Source: Octopus sinensis (lineage: Eukaryota). Taken from it: a DNA stretch of 64,000 nucleotides. The stretch covers positions 13,702,001-13,766,000 of the forward strand of contig NC_043025.1 in the NCBI RefSeq assembly GCF_006345805.1. Direction: 5' to 3'. The notes beneath the pieces are model-generated. The model searched no databases. It saw only the letters and a program-made list of their open reading frames with translations, and was not told the DNA's origin. Of this stretch, positions 52,979-62,859 are shown piece after piece (position 1 is the first letter of the stretch; the number at the start of each line of letters is the position of its first letter). The position numbers and the translations under genes were made by a program.

Positions 52979-55200
52979 TTAACCCTTTCGTTACTGTATT
53001 TATTTTGAGATGCTCTGTGTTTCTTTGAATTACTTTAAATATAACAAAGAATTTAGTGAAATAACTTAGTTATCATTCAGCCAGTGTTAGGAACATAAAT
53101 TGTGACTAAGGTTTGGTGGAGGATTTTAATTCAAAACTTATGAAAACAAGACATTTGTACTACAGATCCAGAGGTGGTTTCAACCAGGTTGGTATCAAAA
53201 GGGTTAAGAATTGTTTCTCTATTATATATCTTAACCCTTTTGTTACCATATTTTTGTTGAGATGCTCTGTGTTTCTTTCAATTACTTTCAATATAACAAA
53301 GAATTTGGTAAAATAACTTCGTTATCATTAAGCTAGTGTTAGGAACATAAATTGTGACTAAGGTTTGGTGGAAGATTTTAATTCAAAACTTATGAAAACA
53401 AGACATTTGTACTACAGAGCGAGAGGTGGTTTCAGCCAGGTTGGTATCAAAAGGGTTAAGAATTGTTTCTCTATTATATATCTTAACCCTTTTGTTACCA
53501 TATTTTTGTTGAGATGCTCTGTGTTTCTTTCAATTACTTTAAATATAACAAAGAATTTAGTAAAACAACTTAGTTATCATTCAGCTAGTGTTAGGAACAT
53601 AATTGTGACTAAGGTTTCGTGGAAGATTTTAATTCAGAACTTACGAAAACAAGACATTTGTACTACAGAGCCAGAGGTGGTTTCAACCAGGTTGGTAACG
53701 AAAGGGTTAAGAATTGTTTCTCTATTATATATCTTAACCCTTTTGTTACCATATTTCTTCTGCTGAGTTGCTCTGTGTTTCTTTGAATAAATTTTAAATA
53801 TAACAAAGAATTTAGTCAAATAACATAAATTGTGACTAAGGTTTGGTGGAAGATTTTAATTCAGAACTTATGGAAACAAGACATTTGTACTACAGAGCCA
53901 GAGGTGGTTTCAGCCAGGTTGGTATCAAAAGGGTTAAGAATTGTTTCTCTATTATATATCTTAACCCTTTTGTTACCATATTTCTGTTGAGATGTTCTGT
54001 GTTTCTTTCAATTAATTTTAGATATAACAAAGAATTTAGTAAAATAACTTAGTTATCATTCAGCTAGTGTTAGGAACATAAATTGTGACTAAGGTTTCGT
54101 GGAAGATTTTAATTCAGAACTTACGAAAACAAGACATTTGTACTACAGAGCCAGAGGTGGTTTCAACCAGGATGGTATCAAAAGGGTTAAGAATTGTTTC
54201 TCTATTATATATCTTAACCCTTTTGTTACCATATTTCTTCTGAGATGCTCTGTGTTTCTTTGAATAAATTTTAAATATAACAAAGAATTTAGTCAAATAA
54301 CATAAATTGTGACTAAGGTTTGGTGGAAGATTTTAATTCAGAACTTATGGAAACAAGACATTTGTACTACAGAGCCAGAGGTGGTTTCAGCCAGGTTGGT
54401 ATCAAAAGGGTTAAGAATTGTTTCTCTATTATATATCTTAACCCTTTTGTTACCATATTTCTTCTGCTGAGTTGCTCTGTGTTTCTTTCAATTAATTTTA
54501 GATATAACAAAGAATTTAGTAAAATAACTTAGTTATCATTCAGCTAGTGTTAGGAACATAAATTGTGACTAAGGTTTGGTGGAAGATTTTAATTCAGAAC
54601 TTATGAAAACAAGACATTTGTACTACAGTGCCAGAGGTGGTTTCAACCAGGTTGGTATCAAAAGGGTTAAGAATTGTTTCTCTATTATATATCTTAACCC
54701 TTTTGTTACCAGATTTCTTCTGCTGAGATGCTCTGTGTTTCTTTGAATAAATTTTAAATATAACAAAGAATTTAGTCAAATAACATAAATTGTGACTAAG
54801 GTTTGGTGGAAGGTTTTAATCCAAAACTTTTGAAAACAAGACATTTGTTCTAAAGAGCCAGAGGTGGTTTCAACCAGGTTGGTATCAAAAGGGTTAAGAA
54901 TTGTTTCTCTATTATATATCTTAACCCTTTTGTTACCATATTTCTGTTGAGGTGTTCTGTGTTTCTTTCAATTACTTTAAATATACCAAAGAATTTAGTA
55001 AAATAACTTAGTTATCATTCAGCTAGTGTTAGGAACATAAATTGTGACTAAGGTTTGGTGGAAGATTTTAATTCAGAACTTACGAAAACAAGACATTTGT
55101 ACTACAGAGCCAGAGGTGGTTTCAGCCGGGTTGGTCACGAAAGGGTTAACCCTTTCGTTACTGTATTTGTTTTGAGATGCTTTGTGTTTCTTTCAATTAA
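52979..55200. repeat. Tandem array of piggyBac-type MITE plus spacer, 9 full units, alternating long/short higher-order repeat
   Basis: ttaacccttt starts at about 52979, 53231, 53483, 53734, 53961, 54214, 54438, 54694, 54921 and 55146. Units end aaagggttaa; the spacer is gaattgtttctctattatatatc. Confidence 0.95.
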
Positions 55201-56097
55201 TTACATGTTTGTTCCCCTACCACCACCACTTGACAACCAATGCTGGTGTGTTTATGTCCCCGAAACTTAGTGGTTCAGCAAAAGAGACCAAATAGAATAA
55301 GTACCAGGCTTACAAAGAATAAGCCCTGGGATCAGTTAGTTCGACTAACGGCGGTGCTCCAGCATGGCCGCAGCCAAACGACTGGAACCAGTCACAGAAT
55401 AAAATAACAAAAAAATAAATGTATAGGAAAACAAACAAATAAAGAGATAAAATAACTAAATAAACGGTAAAACGAAATGACTCTAGGCTACGATACTTAC
55501 CTCGTCCACCCTCCAACTACAAACTTCATACATTGCACAAAGAAAAGTTTATATGAAAGGCAGAAGAAAAAAAAAAGAAATATTAAAAAAAACCTTGAAA
55601 AAAAATCTAAAAGAAATAAATTTACGCAAGAGGAAACACACAGGATTGAAAGTAAATTTGATACATCAAGGATAACAATGGCGACATTGACATCCACACC
55701 ATCGTTATCTAACCTGGTGTTTCTTAACCTTTTGACCCTTGCGTAACCCTTAAAATAAATTACATGCATCAAGGAACCCCAGCACAAAGGGAAAATTAGA
55801 TACGATATCTTGCTCTGTTGAGATGTTTTGGAAGAATAACATGTGATAACCCCTAACGATATGTCTTTTTTTTTTACTCCTTTGACTAGATTTTGCCTGA
55901 TAAAATGTTTTAATTACTGGAATTTAATTCTTTTTGGAGCAAAATCGAAACAGCTGTAAGAAAACATGTTTAATTTTTGCAGGTAATAAATTATATTAAT
56001 GCTTCTTCTCCAATTTCTGGATTTTAATTTGAATATTTATACTTAAACCTATTATTTTAGGAATACTACAATTCACAACAAAATAAAAACTAACAAA

Positions 56098-56471
56098 TAT
56101 GCAGGAGCGGCTGTGTGGTAAGTAGCTTGTTTACTAACCACATGGTTCCAGGTTCAGTCCCACTGCGTGGCATCTTGGGCAAGTGTCTTCTACTATAGCC
56201 TCGGGCCGACCAAAGCCTTGTGAGTGGATTTGGTAGACGGAAACTGAAAGAAGCCCGTCGTATATATATATGCGTGTCTGTGTTTGTCCCCCTAGCATTG
56301 CTTGACAACCAATGCTGGTGTGTTTATGTCCCCGTCACTTAGCGGTTCAGCAAAAAGAGACCGATAAAATAAGTACTGGGCTTACAAAGAATAAGTCCCA
56401 GGGTCGAGTTGCTCGATTAAAGGCGGTGCTCCAGCATGGCCGCAGCCAAATGACTGCAACAAGTAAAAGAG
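56098..56471 (+). mobile_element. Full-length SINE A flanked by a 54-bp direct repeat
   Basis: 56044-56097 equals 56472-56525 with one mismatch. Confidence 0.92.
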
Positions 56472-57019
56472 TAAACCTATTATTTTAGGTATACTACAAT
56501 TCACAACAAAATAAAAACTAACAAACAAATAAATATATATATCATTCGCCATCCACTACACATCCTTTTTTTCTCTCCTTGTTCCTTTCTGTGGAAGAGC
56601 GTACGCGCGAAACGTTACAAACATTTTCACTTCCTGAGTGTTATACTAATACATCTGTTTGTTGTCTACACCACCTGTCTTTGTCTTTGGTATTTTTTTG
56701 TGAATTCTCCCCCTATATGTAAATATAGGGTGTCCATAGATTACAGAGATCACTAAATACATTCCCAATGGTTGTTATATTTTTTGATAACATAATAAGT
56801 TAGATAGGAAGATTACAATAACCGTGGCACGTAAAAAGCACCAACCAATCGTGGCTGCTGCCAGAAAAGACTGGAGCCTGGTGCCGCCTCCTGGTTTCCT
56901 AGACCCCGGTCGAACTGTCCAACCCATGCTAGCATGGAAAACGGGCCTTAAACAATGATGAGTATGTTGTGCATGCTTAGTAATATTACGATCATGAAAT
57001 TAGCATTAGCTTATCTCAC

Positions 57020-57078
57020 GGAACCCCTAGGAACCTTTTGCAGAACCCTAGGGTTCCAAGGAACCCTGGTTGAGAAAC
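57020..57078 (-). mobile_element. hAT-like MITE terminus
   Basis: Reverse complement gtttctcaaccagggttccttggaaccctagggttc. Confidence 0.4.
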
Positions 57079-57776
57079 GTTGATCTAATCAGAGGGAATC
57101 TATTTTGGCAGATTTTTCAACAGCTGGATGCACTTCCTGTCAACAACCTTCAAGCAAGCAAGGTAATATTTCCCCATGACCGGACATGTCTTTCAGGGAA
57201 GACAGGGCAACAAACAAGACTGCTAGACATGGAGACATACAAACACACACAAGCATATATACATATATAGTTTTTTTTATTCTCTTACTTGTTTTAGTCA
57301 ACTGACTGCAGCCATGCTGGAGCACTGCATTAAAGGATTTTAATCGAACAAATAGTACTTCTTCTATCGGTCTCTTTTGCTGAACTGCTAAGTTACAGGG
57401 ATGTAAACACGCCAACACCAGTTGTCAAGCAGTCATTGGGGGACAAACAAAGACACACGCGATGGGCTTCTTTCAGTTTCCGTCTACCAAATCCATGAAC
57501 ATTTTAACAGTGCTTTTTATGTGACACCAACACCAGCACTGATTCTCTTTACATGCCATGAAATATGGTAAAGAGCTGGAACAAATAGCCCCAGACCTAT
57601 CTTACCGATGCTCTGGCGAATCTACTAATTGAATCCCCTTATTGTTTTTGCCCCAAGGATGGGGCGAAACAGTGTATGAAGAAAATAATAAATTGGAAAG
57701 CGAACATATTTTGAAATTGAAGCAGAGTAAAAAAAAAAAGACAAAATGGGGAACTGCAAAATATGTCGGTACCTAC

Positions 57777-57891
57777 CAGTTGATGAAAGAACTTTTTCCA
57801 GCTGAATGGTTGCCAATTAAAAGAATGCTGATTTTCTTCCGCGGTGCCAATAATGGCAAGTTGAGCTGCTGCTCGGCTATCTTCACCAACC
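57777..57891 (-). CDS. Coding exon (115 nt, phase 1 to phase 2) containing the P-loop/G1 motif of an EHD/sarcalumenin-like dynamin-superfamily NTPase
   Basis: Minus-strand acceptor tctcttggtttcttctttcag and donor TG|gtaggt. Translates (G)LVKIAEQQLNLPLLAPRKKISILLIGNHSAGKSSFIN-TG, with a GxxxxGKS Walker A after a hydrophobic strand. Not shown in this frame in the ORF track. Confidence 0.9.
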
Positions 57892-58849
57892 CTGAAAGAA
57901 GAAACCAAGAGATTCTTTAGAAACAGGTGCAGGAATGGCATGCTTACCAACCACATGGTTCTGGGTTCAGTCCCACTGCGTGGCACCTTGGGAGTGGATT
58001 TGGTAGAGGGAAACTGAAAGAGGCCTGTCGTATATATATGTGTATGTGGAGGTGCAATGGCCCAGTGGTTAGGGCAGCGGACTCGTTGCCCTAATTAAAA
58101 ATAAATGTCTGTGTGTCTGCATTTGTCCCTCCAACATCGCTTGACCACCGATGTTGGTGTGTTTACATCCCAATAACTTAGCGGTTCAGCATAAGAGACT
58201 GATAGAATAAGTACAAGGCTTACAAAAAAATAAGTTCTGAGGTCGATTAAAAGGCGGTGCTCCAGCATGGCCACGGTCAAATGACTCTCCCTGACCTGCC
58301 TCTGACACTTCTTTGCTTTCCAACCCTTCCTGTTTTCTCCCTTTCACCTTCTCTTCTCTCTCTCTGGCTACATTTACCCTAGATGAGGGATGGGCTCTGC
58401 TAGCCGGTCTTCAAATGCCCAAACCCCCACAATATATATCACAGTGGCACCAGTTGACTACCTCAGGAATTGAAGATTCTCCCAACAGGGTAAGGATCAT
58501 AAATGCATGTGTATGAATATAAATGCATATAAATACACAAACACACAGTGGTGCTCCAGCTACAAGGCTGAAATGAATAAAAATATGTGTTTGTGTGTGG
58601 TGTATATATATAGCTACTTGTGTGTATGTATATGTAAACGGCCTTAAATTTTGATTATATAGTATACAATATTTTTAATTCCTTCTTTCTTCTCTGCTGG
58701 CATGGGTGGGTTGCTCTAGTTTACATGACAAAGTAAATAATTATATTTTTACAGCTGGGTGGCTCTCTTTCCCTGCCACTCACCCCCCTCATCCAACAGC
58801 AGAGACGTGTTTTTACGTTAATTGGGTCATCTGGTACAAGAAGATAAGT

Positions 58850-58927
58850 AGCGACGATGGGTGGCGCAGGGGTAGGAACATACTCCACAGCGACGAAGGG
58901 TGGCGCAGGGGTAGGAACATACTCCAC
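58850..58927. repeat. 39-bp GC-rich tandem duplication
   Basis: Two copies of agcgacga(t/a)gggtggcgcaggggtaggaacatactccac. Confidence 0.9.
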
Positions 58928-60148
58928 GTTAACGAGCATCAGCAATAGCCTCATCATTGACATAATCAGTCATTTTCATCACCGTTGTCATCAGAACAAT
59001 GGTTTTTCTCTGACAGCAGTTTTACATTTTCCAGATGCCTTTAGCTAAGCCGAAATATTGTCTTCACCACTTGACCCTTTCTAACCTCTTCTACTTCACC
59101 AAAAGCTAGAATAGAGATAACAAGACCAACAACTAAATCTATTGTTCTCAATGATATATCTATCCTTCTGGATAGTTATATAAGCAAGCACACCCAAAGC
59201 AGTTAGTCACAGTCGTGCCGACTCAATGGAGTTAGTCACAGTCAGTGACGAATCAACAAGGTCTGGCTGACCGACCTTGGTGAGAGGGAGAAATGAAGTT
59301 TACTGTCAGACAACACCCTACAACTCTCACTAGCTCTAATTCTGTCCTCTTACAACATCATTCTATCTCTCTCTGTATTTACTACTACTAAACAATGAAG
59401 AGGTCACAAACACAAACTTTACTTTGGATGTATCAAAACCTGCCCGTCAAGGCAAGGTATTTGTAACGTAACGGTAAATAAATACTTTCCTAAAACTTCA
59501 TGCCTTGTCTATCATTCACATCTTACAACTTGCCGTCATAACACCAGCTGACTCCGGACATATCATATTAATGTTTAGGAGTGGCTGTGTGGTAAGTAGC
59601 TTGCTAACCAACCACACAGTTGCGGGTTCAGTCCCACTGCGTGGCATCTTGGGCAAGTGTCTTCTGCTATAGCCCCGGGCCGACCAATGCCTTGTGAGTG
59701 GATTTGGTAGACGGAAACTGAAAGAAGCCTGTCATATATATGTATGTGTGTGTCTGTCCCCCTAGCATTGCTTGACAACCGATGCTGGTGTGTTTACGTC
59801 CCTGTTACTTAGCGGTTCGGCAAAAAGAGACCGATAGAATAAGTACTAAAAGGTGGTGCTCCAGCATGGCCGAAACAAGTAAAAGAGTAAAGAGAGTAAC
59901 CAATTTCTGCCGTTACATATACATTGTAAAGATGACTAGTTGAAATCCAGTCTGAGACCACGTATACATCCAAGAATAGGACTTGTAGTGTAGATATATA
60001 AATACTGTATATATACATTGTAAAGAAGACTAGTTCTAATCCAGTCTAGGATCATTACAATAATCCCTTGCCATATCACAGTTTATTATCTAAGCTTCCG
60101 TTGATTCTTCCATGGTGGTGTTTTGCAATTATGACAAAATAAATATAT

Positions 60149-60521
60149 ACTCTCTTTTACTTGTTTCAGTCATTTGACTGCGGCCATGCTGGAGCACCGC
60201 CTTTAATTGAGCAACTCGACCCCGGGACTTATTCTTTTGTAAGCCCAGTACTTATTCTATCGGTCTCTTTTGCCGAACCGCTAAGTAACAGGGACGTAAA
60301 CACACCAGCATCGGTTGTCAAGCAATGCTGGGGGGACAAACACAGACACACATATATATGACGGGCTTCTTTCAGTTTCCGTCTACCAAATCCACTCACA
60401 AGGCATTGGTCGGCCCAAGGCTATAGCAGAAGACACTTGCCCAAGATGCCACGCAGTGGGACTGAACCCGGAACCATGTGGTTGGTTAGCAAGCTACTTA
60501 CCACACAGCCACTCCTGCACC
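60149..60521 (-). mobile_element. SINE family A, full length, young subfamily
   Basis: Shares diagnostic variants with the 31632 and 62271 copies. Confidence 0.92.
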
Positions 60522-62270
60522 TATTAAAAAAATATACAGAACTGTGCTGTTTCTACTTTGCGGATTTTCACCTGACGCAGGGGCTTTTGGAACGTAACAC
60601 CCACGATAGTCAACGGATTATTCTATGTACTGTAAAGATGACTGATTCTAATCCTGTCTGGGACCATGTAGACATCCAAGAATATAGTGTAGATATACAA
60701 ATATTGTGCGCGTGTATATATATAAATTCCTCTATTTACATAATATCGAGGTGTCTTTCTTTTGTTATCTTACCATTTTTATCAATATATATATATTGCA
60801 AAGATGATTAATTTTAATCCAGTCTGGGTCTATCCTCTTACAGATAAGAACGTGTGAGAGAGAGAGAGAGGATGAGTGACTGACAGAGACAGAAGGAGGG
60901 AGGTCAGAGAGATGGGGGGAAAGAGAAATGGTTTGTTGTATTCAAAGATCTGTGAATGTAGAAAGCATCACAGCTTCCGCTACCATTTTATTTCCTGCAT
61001 CTGCCAGGGAGCAGCAGCAGAAGAAGAAACGAGATCTTCTTTACTCACCACTACCACTACAACCAACACCACAACCACTGCCATTACTACCACCTGTACA
61101 ACTATTACAACCCCCACCACCTGTACAACTACTACTACAGCACAACCACCTATACAACTAGTACTACAACTAACAACAAGAGAGACAATACATGCTGCCT
61201 CTTCACCATGCTAGAAACAGCAGCCATACACCTGCCCTCCAACATAAAGAAGGACAGCCTGGTATTGACATAACTCAGATAAACAAAAGGTGGATGGGAG
61301 GATCAGGATTGGAGTGGATTTGATCATAGGGCTACTGGGTCAAAGCTGACCTAGGGCTAAACAACACAACCACATACATATATGCGATGGGCTTCCTTCA
61401 GTTTCCGTCTACCAAATCCACTCACAAGGCTTTGGTCAGCCCGAAGCTATAGAAGAAGATACTTGCCCAAGGTGCCATGCAGTGGGACAGAACCCAGAAC
61501 CATGAGGTTGGTAAGCAAGCTACTTACCACACAGCCACTCCTATTTATATATACATACACACACACTCATACCTATCTGAATAGAGGTTTGAATAACTGC
61601 ATGCCAATGCAGTGGGTGCACCAAGGAAGACAGGAAATGAACAGAGCAGATCGTTAATTAATAACAGTCGCATAATAGCTGTTGATGATGATAATAGCAA
61701 TTAATGCAATCATAAGAACCAGTTCTTTTTTCGGCAATCATATTCTTGAGTAAAAGAAAAATGTATTTAGCTGGCTGTCTCTCATATTCATGTGTGTATT
61801 TGGCTGACCAAACTACTATATATCCTTGGGCCAACCAAAGCTTTGTGAGTAGATTTGGTACATGGAAACTGAAAGAAGCCCATCGTATGTATATAAATAA
61901 ATAAATGGAGTTTAACGCAGGTGTAATCCAAATACTTTTACTTCCGACACACGTTTCGAAGATATCACTAATATCATTCCAAAGGAATAAAATGGTGTAA
62001 AACAATGTAATCTTCTCTTCAGGGAAGTGAAGAAATGAAACTCATCAATAAGACATTTTAACAGAAAATGATGGATTTGTATAGTGATTAACTAAGCACA
62101 ATATTGTTTGAAAAAACATTATTTATTTATTTATATATCATACAAAAAATTTCCACATGAGCCTGAAGTTTCTACCTTTAAAAACAAGGAGTTACAACCT
62201 CTTTACTTGTGTGAGTTTTTGCAACCCTGGTAACTATTTATCTATTTTTTCCGTGTTAATTGTTAACAAA

Positions 62271-62646
62271 GGAGGCGCAGGAGTGGCTATGTGGTAAGTA
62301 GCTTGCTAACCAACCACATGATTCCGGGTTCAGTCCCACTGCATGGCATCTTGGGCAAGTGTCTTCTGCTATAGCCTCGGGCCGACCAAAGCCTTGTGAG
62401 TGGATTTGGTAGACGGAAACTGAAAGAAGCCTGTCGTATATATGTATGTGTGTGTCTGTCCCCCTAGCATTGCTTGACAACCGATACTGGTGTGTTTACG
62501 TCCCCGTCACTTAGTGGTTCGGCAAAAAGAGACCGATAGAATATGTACTGGGCTTACAAAAGAATAAGTCCCGGGGTCGATTTGCTCAACTAAAGGCGGT
62601 GCTCCAGCATGGCCGCAGTCAAATGACTGAAACAAGTAAAAGAGTA
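62271..62646 (+). mobile_element. SINE family A, full length, young subfamily
   Basis: ggaggcgcaggagtggctatgtggtaag ... caagtaaaagagta. Confidence 0.92.
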
Positions 62647-62859
62647 AGGAGAGAGAGAGTAACCCTGCATAAGCTTGTTACCTGTTCAAATAATGCTTGA
62701 GACGTATCTGGAACCAGAATAAAGCCATTCTCTGTATTTTGTCACAGAGAAAATTTCACACCTGAGACAGACAGGTGTCAATGCATCAAGTGAACGGACA
62801 GTAATCACTGACCAGACAGTTGGATGCTTGCATTTCAGAGTGATTATCTCCTACTTGTA

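Larger units (their letters stand above)
5561..57776 (-). other. 52,216-bp phase-2 GT-AG intron
   Basis: Bounded by gtaggt at 57776 and ccacag at 5561. The joined exons give a continuous G1-G2 peptide. That no further constitutive exon lies inside is inferred from motif continuity. Confidence 0.8.
1061..62646. mobile_element. SINE family A: about 30 copies or fragments in both orientations (about 370 bp full length)
   Basis: Recurrent consensus with a tRNA-like head (A-box-like TGGCTGTGTGG, B-box-like GGTTCAGTCC), an internal (TA/TG)n microsatellite and a gtaaaagag tail. Accounts for the repeated short ORFs such as PKVPRSGTEPGTMWLVSKLLT and YDGLLSVSVYQIHSQ. Confidence 0.9.

Noticed and set aside
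52979-55200. Repeat-spacer architecture superficially like a CRISPR array
   Set aside because: The spacers are identical, the repeats are about 230 bp, the context is eukaryotic and there are no cas genes.
61935-61990. Minus-strand ...gatatcttcGAAACGTGTGTCggaag hammerhead-like tail
   Set aside because: The CUGANGA box is absent (tttggaatga); too degraded to call.
1061-62646. Recurring short ORFs (PKVPRSGTEPGTMW, YDGLLSVSVYQIH) and tRNA-like sequences
   Set aside because: All derive from SINE copies; the heads lack complete cloverleafs, so no tRNA gene is called.
62682-62731. Candidate upstream exon with a CAG|gtaaca donor
   Set aside because: The frame needed to join the phase-1 P-loop exon contains TGA, and there is no recognisable similarity.
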